DNA of 64,000 bases from Leptospirales bacterium (GTDB lineage: Bacteria > Spirochaetota > Leptospiria > Turneriellales > JAOUFE01): the NCBI GenBank assembly GCA_040326155.1, contig JBEQLE010000001.1:64001-128000 (forward strand). Direction: 5' to 3'. Shown here piece by piece: positions 31,806 through 42,065 of this stretch. The position numbers were made by a program, and so were the translations under genes. Position 1 is the stretch's first letter. Each line of letters begins with the position of its first letter. The notes under the pieces were generated by a model, which made no database searches, was not told the origin of the DNA, and saw only the letters and a program-made list of their open reading frames with translations.

Positions 31806-32315
31806 ATGCCAAACAATAATGTTTTTCGAGGGTCGGACGCAACACTTGTGCTGGCCGTGGATGACAGCGCAACGGTAGAGGGAGGCCTTGCCGATGGCTT
31901 AATAAGCGAATATGATTTTTCCAATATCGTCGGGCGCTTGCAAGATGTAAGAGTGAAAGTACTCAATGAGGTGCGTCCTTACCATGAGATTGGAAAAAGA
32001 TACCCGACTGAATTGAGACCGGGTAATATTGACGTTACGGGTTCGGCTCGCCGCGCTCATATTAACGGAGCGATGTTAAAACTGCTTTTAGGGGATGGCG
32101 CAAAAAGTCCTCCTCCGGGGGGAGTGATGGCACAACCGGCTTTCAGTATGGTTTTAAATTTACAAAACCCCGCGTTACCGGACAACACCAGTAAACTGGT
32201 CCTTTTTGGAGTGAAGTTTGAAAGTTGGAACTTTGAACTACCAGAAGATGATTTTGTAATGGAGTCGGTTACGTTTCGGGCTATTCGTATTGCAGGTGAA
32301 GAAGCCAGCGCATGA
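31806..32315 (+). CDS. Tail tube protein
   Basis: 169 aa after the sheath; VGRLQDV...HEIG...GNIDVTGS, MESVTFRA beta pattern. Confidence 0.75.
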   Translation: MPNNNVFRGSDATLVLAVDDSATVEGGLADGLISEYDFSNIVGRLQDVRVKVLNEVRPYHEIGKRYPTELRPGNIDVTGSARRAHINGAMLKLLLGDGAKSPPPGGVMAQPAFSMVLNLQNPALPDNTSKLVLFGVKFESWNFELPEDDFVMESVTFRAIRIAGEEASA

Positions 32316-32686
32316 GTCAGGTCGATTTAAAATTAACTCCGGAGGAGATGTTGGCCGGATCACAATTTAACTATGATCTGACAATTCCTGAGGAGATTTT
32401 AAAACCGGCAATGAATTCTGAATCGTCTGCTGACATTTCATCGGGCAAAGACAGTAAATTGCACAATACGGTTACGATTGTTCCGCTATCGATTTCCCGA
32501 TTTCAGTTGATTATGAAGGCGGCAAAAAATGACCCGGCAATGATACCTTTATTAATGATTAAAGAATCATTGCGTGAACCATCTCTGAGTCTCAAACAAA
32601 TAGAACAATTGCATATGGGGCTGGTTCGCTTTTTAATACAAAATATTCGTGAAATCAGCGGTTTGTTAGAAAAAAAAAATATATAA
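32312..32686 (+). CDS. Tail assembly chaperone (G/E-like short form)
   Basis: Position after the tube gene; ends in GAA AAA AAA AAT ATA TAA slippery run. Confidence 0.7.
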   Translation: MSQVDLKLTPEEMLAGSQFNYDLTIPEEILKPAMNSESSADISSGKDSKLHNTVTIVPLSISRFQLIMKAAKNDPAMIPLLMIKESLREPSLSLKQIEQLHMGLVRFLIQNIREISGLLEKKNI

Positions 32687-32832
32687 CAGAACTAGACCGC
32701 TCGTTCCTTGCGCAATCTTCGTATCGGTTAGCCAAAGAGTTTGGCTGGACCCCCTCTCAGGTAAGGAAAATGACTTTTTTACAGGTTAAATTATTCTTGC
32801 AGATGTTGGATAAAGACAAAGGAGTGGAGTAA
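32677..32832 (+). CDS. -1-frame extension of the tail chaperone (GT/E'-like)
   Basis: Open -1 frame KYITELDRSFLAQSSYRLAKEFGWTPSQVRKMTFLQVKLFLQMLDKDKGVE; no start codon ahead of the FGWTP motif; stop abuts next ATG. Confidence 0.7.
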   Translation, partial: KYITELDRSFLAQSSYRLAKEFGWTPSQVRKMTFLQVKLFLQMLDKDKGVE

Positions 32833-32833
32833 C

Positions 32834-34018
32834 ATGACTTCTTACGGTAAAACTCTTTTCCTCGAATTTACCAGATTACAACGCGAGTTAGAAATCCAAA
32901 GTGAAGCACCCGAATTTCTAAATATTGGTAGGGAATTTCTTGACCCTTTTCATGACCTGTCCAACACCGAAACTGTTGTGCGAGAGGCGATTGATCTTTC
33001 ACATTTTTTAACCTCCGGTTTTTTTCCTCATTCATCCGCTGATTTTCCTTTTATCGATACAGACCTCCGGCATCCTGATGATTTTCACGAAGATTTTGAA
33101 TATTCGGAAAATTTACCACACCAAGAATCAGAAGCGCAAAAAGGATATGATACAAACCAAACTCTTAATGAGCAAAACACCAAACAATCGCCTTCACCCG
33201 AACAAAATTCAAAAAAGCCGAATACGGAACAAAAAACTGAAAGCGAAATAAATTTTTTATCAAATCAAAACCCCGATAGGGAAACCATCGAACCAAATCG
33301 GGAACCGCAAACTTCCCAAGAGCCGAATGAGCAAAACACCAAACAACGGTCTTCACAAGATACAGCTTCAAGCGAGCGCACTTCACCGACAAAATCTACG
33401 CAGGTCTATCGATCAAAAAAAACGGCCACAGGAACATTACAAAATGGAAATGTCGATTCGTTGCGACAGCTCGGTATTGAAATTTCTCAAGATGTCCGCA
33501 ATGATATAAAAGGAATACAACCAATTAATGACAGTGGAAATTTTACTAACCAAATCCAGATTTTGGAAAATCAAAATGCCTCCGCTGAAAGATCACCATC
33601 CGGAAATAACGTCGGGGAAACGTTGGGCCAACACTCTCAACAACCAACGTCTCAGGAAAGTTCTCCGCTAAGCAATTATATATCAGAGAAAAACGATTTT
33701 CCTGCGCCGCTGGGTTCTTTGCGGGAATTGGCAAAGAATATATCAGAAGGAGCTATCGTTTCTTCCGATGGAATTCTTTTTGCACAAGAAGAACTCACCA
33801 AGCCAAAACCGGAGACAAGTCAAAACGAAAACGAACACTCTATCTCCGGGACCGGGCAAGTTTCTACGGGAACACCGGAGCAGTTAAAGCATTTCGATTT
33901 GGAAAACAGCCGAGAATTTGACGTTAAGGATGGCCAGGGAATCGACAAGGAAGAGATGCTCGATTTAATTAAAAACGAGTTAGAATTACAATATTTGAGG
34001 TTATACGGCGAGGATTGA
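32834..34018 (+). CDS. Largely disordered Q/N/S/E-rich CIS protein at the tape-measure position
   Basis: Low complexity, internal 21-bp repeat (33167-87 / 33326-46), short helical termini. Confidence 0.6.
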   Translation: MTSYGKTLFLEFTRLQRELEIQSEAPEFLNIGREFLDPFHDLSNTETVVREAIDLSHFLTSGFFPHSSADFPFIDTDLRHPDDFHEDFEYSENLPHQESEAQKGYDTNQTLNEQNTKQSPSPEQNSKKPNTEQKTESEINFLSNQNPDRETIEPNREPQTSQEPNEQNTKQRSSQDTASSERTSPTKSTQVYRSKKTATGTLQNGNVDSLRQLGIEISQDVRNDIKGIQPINDSGNFTNQIQILENQNASAERSPSGNNVGETLGQHSQQPTSQESSPLSNYISEKNDFPAPLGSLRELAKNISEGAIVSSDGILFAQEELTKPKPETSQNENEHSISGTGQVSTGTPEQLKHFDLENSREFDVKDGQGIDKEEMLDLIKNELELQYLRLYGED

Positions 34019-34058
34019 TTTAGGTCCTCTATGTTTAAAAAGGTAAAACAGGTAAGAT

Positions 34059-34811
34059 ATGGCTATAGAGTTGGCAGAAATTGAGTTAAAGCGGGTTCAC
34101 CGAATCGTAACGCAAGAACCCACTGCCTTTGTGCGCCATGCCATTCCGGGCATGGATGGCGACATGGTCCAGAACCTGGGGCGCGGAAGCGTTCGCCTTT
34201 TAATCGAAGGGATTTTTTATGGGCCGGAAGCTGCCAACGATCTGGAAAAACTACGCGGCCTTTATCGCAAAGCGCAACCCGTTGAGTTTCTAGCTGAGAT
34301 CACAGGGCAATCCTATTTTGGCGAGGTCACACTGGAGGATTACCGGGTTTGGCAGTTGGCTTCGGAGCCCGACCAGTACAGTTACACTCTTACGATTGCC
34401 GAATACTTAAAACCGCCCGAACCGGAGACGGTCGAAGTTCCCGTAGCAACCGAAGTCGAAAGTCAAATCAAAGATCTGGCGTCGAAGGCGATGGATCTGG
34501 TGAGTTTACCGAAATTGGAAAACCCTTTGCCCGCCCTGGAAAAAGCGTTGGCCGATATACAAAAAGGGATCGAACTACTTGCGCTTTCTCCGAACTCGAT
34601 TATCGAAAGCCTGCGTCCTGTTTTTGGTTTGGTCGAACCCAAAGCTGTCGAGATGAGCGCAGTTGATGAGGCTGGGAATCCGGTTCCCGACATGCCTTTA
34701 TATTTTATCGACGAGGCAGGCGAAAAACACAAAGCGCAACTCGAAAACGGCAAGCTTGAAATGAAAGAGCTACCTCCGGGAAGTTATCGCGTCGTGGTGG
34801 GTAAGGAATAA
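34059..34811 (+). CDS. Tube-initiator-like protein (DNA_circ_N-like) with C-terminal beta-sandwich
   Basis: HAIPGMDGDMVQNLGR...YSYTLTIAEY; C-terminal VDEAGNPV...LPPGSYRV. Confidence 0.6.
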   Translation: MAIELAEIELKRVHRIVTQEPTAFVRHAIPGMDGDMVQNLGRGSVRLLIEGIFYGPEAANDLEKLRGLYRKAQPVEFLAEITGQSYFGEVTLEDYRVWQLASEPDQYSYTLTIAEYLKPPEPETVEVPVATEVESQIKDLASKAMDLVSLPKLENPLPALEKALADIQKGIELLALSPNSIIESLRPVFGLVEPKAVEMSAVDEAGNPVPDMPLYFIDEAGEKHKAQLENGKLEMKELPPGSYRVVVGKE

Positions 34812-34813
34812 CG

Positions 34814-35503
34814 ATGGCTGTCGCACAAAATTTCGCGGTCATGGATATGATTGTTCCCGGCGGTGTATATAAAACCTTTCACGAATTCACCGCTTATGCA
34901 GATTTTACCAACTGGGTTGCCGAAGCAGATAAACAAAATATTTCTGAAGGCTACCCCTACGGTAAAATTGACGATCCGGATAAGCCGCACAATCTGTATG
35001 TTTACTCCAAGAACTTTGCCGGCACAATTAGTGTTGGTTCAACTTTTACGGTAAAGCAGGTTGTCTATCACGCCAAAGCCGCTTTAAAGCGCGGCACAAC
35101 TCTCCATGGCCCCTACCAGTGTATTTTGGTAGAGTTTGATTACGGCGGCGCCAAAACCCAGGGCTATATCTGGCCGGTCTACAACGGTTGGGTAGCCGAA
35201 ATTGTCCCGGAAGGTTTATCTTTAATTATCGAAGAGGGGCAACTTGCAAATTTCCAGGCTATTTTTAAACAAAATTCCGACGGTAGCTATTCGCTCATAG
35301 ACTTTGCGTTTTTCATAGAGATTGAAGACGACACTTTAGAAATCCATGTGATCGACCCCGGCGGAACACCGCTTTCATCGGCCACCATGATCTTAACCGG
35401 AGTCGACATTGCGCTTGAAAAAACGATTACAATTACGGATGGAACCGGTACACAAAGCGGATTAACACCGGGGACGTATCTGATTAAGAAGGGGGGTGTG
35501 TAA
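34814..35503 (+). CDS. Hypothetical CIS accessory protein with C-terminal carboxypeptidase-regulatory-like beta-sandwich
   Basis: VIDPGGTPLSSA...GLTPGTYLI. Confidence 0.55.
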   Translation: MAVAQNFAVMDMIVPGGVYKTFHEFTAYADFTNWVAEADKQNISEGYPYGKIDDPDKPHNLYVYSKNFAGTISVGSTFTVKQVVYHAKAALKRGTTLHGPYQCILVEFDYGGAKTQGYIWPVYNGWVAEIVPEGLSLIIEEGQLANFQAIFKQNSDGSYSLIDFAFFIEIEDDTLEIHVIDPGGTPLSSATMILTGVDIALEKTITITDGTGTQSGLTPGTYLIKKGGV

Positions 35504-35506
35504 CCC

Positions 35507-38500
35507 ATGATTCCCATACTTGAACAAATTCCCGACCCCGAAGAGGTACAGTTTCAGCTTTCGGAGATGGCGCGTACGGTCGATGAGATTGTCGCCCGGG
35601 CGGAAGAAATTGCCTCGGGTGATTTTTCTTTACTTTTTGAAGGGGCGTCTTCTTTGCCTTTTCCGAAACCGGAAAATTTGACTGGGCCGATGCTCGAAAG
35701 TCTGAATGCCATAGTAAAAAATATTCCCGATAAAAAGACTCTGCTGGTGGAGCAATATAAATACCGGGAACAAATTCGTTCGCAAGTAGAAACATTACTC
35801 GCTTTTGACCCTGCCGAGGCCCAGAGTTTATTTGAGTTGATTACCCCAAAGTTTGCTTCGCTTGACAAGTGGATTGAAAAAGCTGATTTTTTTAAAAGTT
35901 CGTATGACCCGAATGGATCGCCCGATTTTTTGAAAAACCATATCCGAAATCTTCATGTAATTTCGTCGGACTCCGGTTTGCATAATAAGTTTAAGGCGGC
36001 CAATGCCATAGCCCCTGATCTTATGGCGAATGTTCGGGAACCAGTCTCTTTTTTACGACGCTCTGTCTGGTTCGACCCGTTGCGACTGTCTCTGGAAACA
36101 ATGCGTGACGCTGATTTTAACGACGCGGCTCTTTTGCCCAGCCACCGGCAGAAACTGGAGCAGATAAAAACCCTTCTTTCGGAAACCGCTCTCGGCCTGG
36201 AAACTCGCTTTAATGAAATAAAAAGCGCGGTGTCCGCACTACCCGCTTTGAATGAACTCGAAGCGTTGGACGATGCAACTCCCGAAAACGATCTCGATTC
36301 TTTTCTTGAAGTCCTTCCCGAACTGCATGAACTACGCGACGGTCTATTTTGTTTGTGCCTTGGCGCAAATTTAAAAAGCGCCCCTGTAAATTTCTATTTA
36401 TTATATGAAAACTTTATTTTCAAAAACCAGGAGCTCCCAAAGGAGATATCAAGGGCCGGTACGGAAACCCTCAAGTTTTTAAAAAAGGTCCCGATCGCGA
36501 AGTCGGCTGCGCTCGCAGATTCGGCCATTTCTACCTGGAAAGAAGCAGCTGCGATATTGACCGACGAAACAAACGATCTTAAAAAAGATATTCTCGGGGC
36601 AACTACACAACTTACGTCACTGGCTTCCGAGTTTTCTTTGTCTGAGATCGGCTCTGCAATGGACGAAGCCGTTAAAGCATTGCGCCAGTCCGTCTCAGAA
36701 ATTGAACCGCGAGTAGACGAGGTTGCGAAGCAAATCGAAAACATGATCGAAGAGATATCGCCTGAAATTTCGGCGCTGGATCTTTCGAATATACAGTCGT
36801 TAATTCGTGAACTGCTGGAAACTTGCGAGGGCATATTTTCCGACCCGGAACTTGGAAAGGTGATCGACGTTGCCGGTGAGGCCAATAAACAAGTAGAAAA
36901 GGTTTTGAACCAGGTTCCGCTTGCCGCCCTTTTTGAACAACTCCATACGGCGCTCGACGATGTTGGAAAAAAACTCAACGGGGTCGATACGAAATCGCTA
37001 AGCGCTTCGGTCCGATTGCTGGTCGATGTGGCGCTTACAAGTATACACTCGGTCGACCTTCCCAAGCAACTTGGCAAAGTGATCAAAGAACAGTTCTCGG
37101 CGATCTTTATGGAAGCCGCCAAAGCTCTGTACCCCTTTCGTGAAATGTACAAACTGATTTCCGATACCGTGGACAATTGCGGGCCGGAGCGTTTACTCGA
37201 AGGCGACCTTCTTTCCTCATTTCAGAGTCTACAAAAAATTATCGAAAGTATTGATCCGCAAAATGCATTGGCGCCTTTAAAGAAGGTTCAAGTCAAGTTA
37301 AACAAAGAGCTGGAGCTTTTGGACCCCGCAAAACTTCTCGTTAACATTAAAGAACAGTTGAGTAAAATCACAACCCGACTTTCGGAACTTTCACCGGATC
37401 TGATCTCGGAAGAGCTGCAAAAGATCACCTTCGGAGATTCTTTAGAAGATGAACCCAACGTAATTTTTTCAGAACGCGTCGGTTCATTTGATGATTTAAT
37501 TGCGACACTCGAGAGCGCCCTCGCCGGATTTCCCGAAGAGTCTTTGTTTGATGATGCGATTTCGAATCTCGAAAATATACCCGAAACTTTAGAAGATCTT
37601 AAAAACAGGATGCTCAATTTTCTTTCGGGTGAGCAGGTAACCACCTCCGATTTTAAATTTTTAAAAGATCAAGCGTTAGAGCTCGGGGCCGCAACGATTA
37701 CTCCTGAGATCTCTTTTTGCAACGAGACAACCGCTCTTTTAAATGAATGTGATCTCCCGGCGGCGAGCGCGGCGCTCGGCGATCTATTGGCCGAGATATT
37801 AACAAAAATTGAATCGGCTACATTGCCAGCGCTTGACACCGGAGAAGTCGACACGTCCGGGGCTGCAGAGCTTGCCGCCCTCGGCCAGGATGTCGCGGCG
37901 ATTGACCCGACGCAAATATTTCAAAAAGCAAACGCAGCTTCCATCGATAATCCGGAATGGGAACAACGCCGAAAAAGATATAAACAAAGGTATGATACCT
38001 GTGTTAAAATATGGGAGGCGACGCGCGCAAAAATCGCAAATTTATCGACCGATACTCTCGGTGGTTCTCTTGATAATCTTACCGGGCAAATGCAAATGCT
38101 GTGGCCGCCATTTTCCTCCAAAGAAAATGTAGCGTATAAGGCTTACTTAAAATCTACGCGGGAAATTTGCAAAACTTTTCAACACACGCATCAGGAATTA
38201 CAAAGCTATCTTTTCGGGTTAAAAGAGTTTCGCCGTTTGAGCCAAGACGCGCTAACTTTGTATAACCCGACCGAGTTTGACTTTACTCAAGAGGCCGAAG
38301 CCTGGAACGCACTTTTAGAGCAGGTTCAATCTAACGTAAACAGTAAAGAGGTCGAAAAACGGATTCTCAATTTACGAAAAGAGATCGATAAAGAGATACT
38401 GAAAATCTATCCAGCCGAGAAACTCGAAAATCTCGACACAATCTTTGATTTGAAAATCAACAACCCTCTTCAAAAGTCCGACCCCCAGGCGAGTCTCATT

Positions 38501-38686
38501 AAACCGCTTTTGCCTCTTTATGAAAAGTTATGCCAGGCTAAAGAAAAAATAAATATCGACGTCATGCTAAAACCAACCATGGACAAACTCGCTTTGATGG
38601 AATCAGACATTCAGTCGGGGATTAAACGAACGTTGGAACTTGTGTTAAAAATTCCGCAGGTCGAAAAAGAAGGGGATGTTGCATGA
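35507..38686 (+). CDS. Long all-helical repeat protein, candidate tape measure
   Basis: 1059 aa with amphipathic repeats punctuated by DP/SP..L...L; lies before the hub gene. Confidence 0.55.
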   Translation: MIPILEQIPDPEEVQFQLSEMARTVDEIVARAEEIASGDFSLLFEGASSLPFPKPENLTGPMLESLNAIVKNIPDKKTLLVEQYKYREQIRSQVETLLAFDPAEAQSLFELITPKFASLDKWIEKADFFKSSYDPNGSPDFLKNHIRNLHVISSDSGLHNKFKAANAIAPDLMANVREPVSFLRRSVWFDPLRLSLETMRDADFNDAALLPSHRQKLEQIKTLLSETALGLETRFNEIKSAVSALPALNELEALDDATPENDLDSFLEVLPELHELRDGLFCLCLGANLKSAPVNFYLLYENFIFKNQELPKEISRAGTETLKFLKKVPIAKSAALADSAISTWKEAAAILTDETNDLKKDILGATTQLTSLASEFSLSEIGSAMDEAVKALRQSVSEIEPRVDEVAKQIENMIEEISPEISALDLSNIQSLIRELLETCEGIFSDPELGKVIDVAGEANKQVEKVLNQVPLAALFEQLHTALDDVGKKLNGVDTKSLSASVRLLVDVALTSIHSVDLPKQLGKVIKEQFSAIFMEAAKALYPFREMYKLISDTVDNCGPERLLEGDLLSSFQSLQKIIESIDPQNALAPLKKVQVKLNKELELLDPAKLLVNIKEQLSKITTRLSELSPDLISEELQKITFGDSLEDEPNVIFSERVGSFDDLIATLESALAGFPEESLFDDAISNLENIPETLEDLKNRMLNFLSGEQVTTSDFKFLKDQALELGAATITPEISFCNETTALLNECDLPAASAALGDLLAEILTKIESATLPALDTGEVDTSGAAELAALGQDVAAIDPTQIFQKANAASIDNPEWEQRRKRYKQRYDTCVKIWEATRAKIANLSTDTLGGSLDNLTGQMQMLWPPFSSKENVAYKAYLKSTREICKTFQHTHQELQSYLFGLKEFRRLSQDALTLYNPTEFDFTQEAEAWNALLEQVQSNVNSKEVEKRILNLRKEIDKEILKIYPAEKLENLDTIFDLKINNPLQKSDPQASLIKPLLPLYEKLCQAKEKINIDVMLKPTMDKLALMESDIQSGIKRTLELVLKIPQVEKEGDVA

Positions 38687-39639
38687 CGCGCAAGGTCGCT
38701 TATAAAGTCCGTATTGACGATCTGGAATTTACCTCCGGGGTAACATCGATTCGATGCGAGTCCGGTTTAACGGGCGGGGTCAATTTTTGTGAGCTCCGTT
38801 TTGCACCGGGAGGGGAGGATTTATTTACTAAGGCCGGCAAAAATAACAGCGTTTGCGTTGAACTTGGCTATGATGAACTTTTCACCGTGTTCACCGGCAG
38901 CGCCGTTCGCATGTCAAAAACGCATGAAACTATACAAGTCGTTGCACTATCGTGTTTCTCTACGATTCTACAAACCCATGCCAATCTCACGTACGAAGGT
39001 TTTCATGCCGGAGAGATGATCTCCGATGTTCTAGAAAAATATAAAATTTCCGAAGAAAAAATAGAAACAGGTATTTCATATCCGACGTACTATTTTTCAG
39101 ATCGATCGTCTCTTTTTTCACAGATCAAAACGCTGGCACTTTATTCGGGTTTTGACTTTTACGCAACGGTCACAGATCAAGCGGTTCTGGCAAAATATAA
39201 AGCCTCTAAAGTTCACAAGATCCATTACGGAAAAGAAATTATCTCTTATGAAGTGCGCTCTGACCGGGAACAACCGCAAGGCGTGGCCGTATACGGAATG
39301 AGTCCTGCAGGGTCCTTCGGATCAGACGCCTACTCCTGGATCTCACACAAAGAGGTGATAGGCCGTGCGGGAGATCCGGAATCGGAAAATACCTCTTTGG
39401 TAGAGCCTTCCTTGCGTGATGACGCTTCGGTGGAAAAAGCCGCAAAGGCGGTGGCTGATAAGAAAGCCATGGTGGATTTTGGTGAGCTTAAAATACCAGG
39501 GCGCTCGTCCATTCAACTCGGGGAAGCCGTAGCCATTATCGGACTGAACGGCGGTGAAGGCCATAAAATCAAATCGATAAAACATCATGTGAGCCGTGAA
39601 AAAGGTTTTGTCACAACACTAAACTGGGAGGGAAAATAG
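38683..39639 (+). CDS. Baseplate hub (gpD/gp27-like)
   Basis: VELGY...VFTG, LALYSGFDFY, IKSIKHHVS..GFVTTL pattern. Confidence 0.8.
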   Translation: MTRKVAYKVRIDDLEFTSGVTSIRCESGLTGGVNFCELRFAPGGEDLFTKAGKNNSVCVELGYDELFTVFTGSAVRMSKTHETIQVVALSCFSTILQTHANLTYEGFHAGEMISDVLEKYKISEEKIETGISYPTYYFSDRSSLFSQIKTLALYSGFDFYATVTDQAVLAKYKASKVHKIHYGKEIISYEVRSDREQPQGVAVYGMSPAGSFGSDAYSWISHKEVIGRAGDPESENTSLVEPSLRDDASVEKAAKAVADKKAMVDFGELKIPGRSSIQLGEAVAIIGLNGGEGHKIKSIKHHVSREKGFVTTLNWEGK

Positions 39640-39640
39640 A

Positions 39641-40411
39641 ATGATTGAAGTCATGCAGAAAGTGGCCGCCAAAGAAGCGCAAAAAATCTATACCACAGAA
39701 ATCGGAGTTGTTTCGGCTATTTTTCCCCATGAGGCGGCAGACGACATGGACAACTACCAGTGTTCGATCACTTTGCAAAACAAAAAGACCCCGGAAGGAA
39801 AGGACTTCGAGTTGCGTAAAGTTCCGGTGGCGTCGCAGCATGTGGGACTGGTGATGATTCCCGATGTCGGAGATTTGGTGGTGGTGGCTTTTATTAACGG
39901 CAACGTCAACGCGCCGATTATTCTGGCGCGGCTTTATGATGAAAAAAATCGCCCCCCGGAAAACAGTGCCGGACAATTGGTTTTAAAACATTTAAAAAAT
40001 ACTTTAATTGAACTCGACTCCGGAACAAAAATTGAAATCGACCCCAAGGGCAACGTGGCGATTGACTCCACGGGTAACATTAGTGTTACTTCACAAGGGC
40101 AGGTTTCATTGCAATCGGAAAAAGATTTTTCGATCAACTCAAAAGGGATGGTCTCGGTTGATGCGACGAAAAAAGCCACGATCAAATCTGCGGACGACGT
40201 CGTGATTGAATCAAACGGTAAAAAAGTAATCATCAATAAAGGCGATGCGGGAAAGGGAGCTGCCAGGTTCGATGATGATATTGAAATTTATGTCGACCCC
40301 AAAGAGATCATGGTCGCCTGTCCGTTTACGGGAAGTCCGGTTCCGTTAGTGCCAATCATTTTAAAAGGAAAAATCGTTTCTGCGAGTGAGACGGTGCAAG
40401 TCGGAGATTGA
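39641..40411 (+). CDS. Baseplate spike (gpV/gp5 OB-fold plus beta-helix) with PAAR-like C-terminal segment
   Basis: IPDVGDLVVVAFINGNVNAPIILARLY; beta repeats; GAARFDD...GKIVSASETVQVG. Confidence 0.85.
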   Translation: MIEVMQKVAAKEAQKIYTTEIGVVSAIFPHEAADDMDNYQCSITLQNKKTPEGKDFELRKVPVASQHVGLVMIPDVGDLVVVAFINGNVNAPIILARLYDEKNRPPENSAGQLVLKHLKNTLIELDSGTKIEIDPKGNVAIDSTGNISVTSQGQVSLQSEKDFSINSKGMVSVDATKKATIKSADDVVIESNGKKVIINKGDAGKGAARFDDDIEIYVDPKEIMVACPFTGSPVPLVPIILKGKIVSASETVQVGD

Positions 40412-40429
40412 AAAATTGAAGGATTATAA

Positions 40430-40852
40430 ATGAGCGATACCTATTTTACGGATTTTAAAATGAACAACCGCGACTTTGGCGATGTCGTTTCGAGCAGAGA
40501 TCAAGCGGACATTGCCATCTCGAAAGGGGATCTACTTGCCGTATCGGGTAGAGAAAATTTGACGCAGGCCTTAATCCACCGGTTGATGACTCGCAAAGGA
40601 GATTTGAAAGAGTTGGGGCATCCCGAATACGGTTCCCGTTTGCATGAACTACAGGGGCAGCCAAATAATGAACGCACCCAGTCTTTGGCGCGACTCTACA
40701 TACATGAGGCTCTTGGTCGAGAAAAAAGAGTCGAAGAAATTGAGAGGGTGGAAGTTACCGCCTCGACCGCCAATACAATGACAATCCGGATCCGAATTAT
40801 GCCGAAAGGAGGAGAGAGTTTGACTTTGAATATGTCGCAGACTCTGGCTTAA
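40430..40852 (+). CDS. Baseplate gp25/GPW protein
   Basis: GRENLTQAL..RLMTRKG..HPEYGSRL...EKRV. Confidence 0.88.
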   Translation: MSDTYFTDFKMNNRDFGDVVSSRDQADIAISKGDLLAVSGRENLTQALIHRLMTRKGDLKELGHPEYGSRLHELQGQPNNERTQSLARLYIHEALGREKRVEEIERVEVTASTANTMTIRIRIMPKGGESLTLNMSQTLA

Positions 40853-40853
40853 T

Positions 40854-42020
40854 ATGTTTACACCGAAAAAATATACGGAAATTTTAAATGATCTGAAAGA
40901 TCGTACCGAGATTCTTTCTGATTTTGAACCGGGCAGCGTGGCGCGCACTCTGTATGAATCGTTTTCTTTTGAGATCGCGGCTCTTTATGAAAAGATGAAT
41001 TTTGTTTATCTTTCGGCTTATATTGACACGGCCTCGGGAGTTCAACTTGAAAATGTCGTTTCGATATTGGGTATAAAACGGGGCCTTCCCGATTTTGCGG
41101 AAGGTTACCTTACGTTGACAAAGGACGAAGACAAAGATGACATTGAACTTACTCCGGGCACGATGGTTTCTACCGAAGAAACTCCTGAGTCACCGCGCAA
41201 AATGTTTCGGATTATTGAACAAAAAATATTCTCGAAAGGGCAAAGCGAGATCAGTATAAAAATCCAGGCTCTTCTGCCGGGAGCAGAACAAATTGCGGAC
41301 CCCGAAACCATCATTGTGATGCCTCGCCCCATATCGGGTATCAAAACGATTTGGAATCCGAAGGCGATTATCTTCAGCGGAAAAAAACTCGAGACCGATG
41401 AGCAGTTGCGCGAGCGCGCAAAAAACTGTATTTTAGCCGCAGGAAAAGCCACTTCATTTTCCATAGAAAATGCGGTGCTTGCCCTGGGTGGAGTAAGAGA
41501 CGTAAAGGTGAAAGAAAATTTTATAGAGGATGCGGCCAACCCCGGGCAAACGCAAGGGACCGGAATCATCGAGGTATTTGTCGATAGCGCAGACTTAAGT
41601 CATGAAGACCCCGAAGTGGTAGCGCGAGAAAGAGATCGCATTTTTGAGGCTATTAATCCGGTCAAAGCCGCGGGCATCTATGTAAAACTTTCTTCGGCGG
41701 TGAAGGTATTATTGCATATCACGTTCTCTCTGGAAATTCGTCATGAACTAAAACTCAACCAGGTGGAGATGACCGCCATAGAAAAACAGGTGAGCGATGC
41801 TATTACGGGTTATATCGGGGAATTAAAAATGGGCGATACCTTTTTATCGTCCCAGGTCACAAAAAGAATTTTATCGATCGACGAGATTTCGGATTTTGAA
41901 ATTATAAAAATTGTATCGGAAAAGGTCGGGATAAAAACAACGCTGCCGGCGTCGACCCGGCGTATTGAAGCCGAGGCGCTTGAAAAATTTGCACCGGGAG
42001 ATATGGGCAGCCTTGTTTAA
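40854..42020 (+). CDS. Baseplate J/gp47 wedge protein
   Basis: DFEPGSVARTL, TASGVQL, ETDEQLRER, VKAAGI. Confidence 0.9.
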   Translation: MFTPKKYTEILNDLKDRTEILSDFEPGSVARTLYESFSFEIAALYEKMNFVYLSAYIDTASGVQLENVVSILGIKRGLPDFAEGYLTLTKDEDKDDIELTPGTMVSTEETPESPRKMFRIIEQKIFSKGQSEISIKIQALLPGAEQIADPETIIVMPRPISGIKTIWNPKAIIFSGKKLETDEQLRERAKNCILAAGKATSFSIENAVLALGGVRDVKVKENFIEDAANPGQTQGTGIIEVFVDSADLSHEDPEVVARERDRIFEAINPVKAAGIYVKLSSAVKVLLHITFSLEIRHELKLNQVEMTAIEKQVSDAITGYIGELKMGDTFLSSQVTKRILSIDEISDFEIIKIVSEKVGIKTTLPASTRRIEAEALEKFAPGDMGSLV

Positions 42021-42065
42021 AAGGCTGCGGAAAAAGACTACGGAAATGGAAACGGTTTAGAAAAG

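Noticed and set aside
36394..37176. 260-aa antisense ORF and similar shadow ORFs across the window
   Set aside because: Ser-rich mirror frames of well-supported genes on the opposite strand
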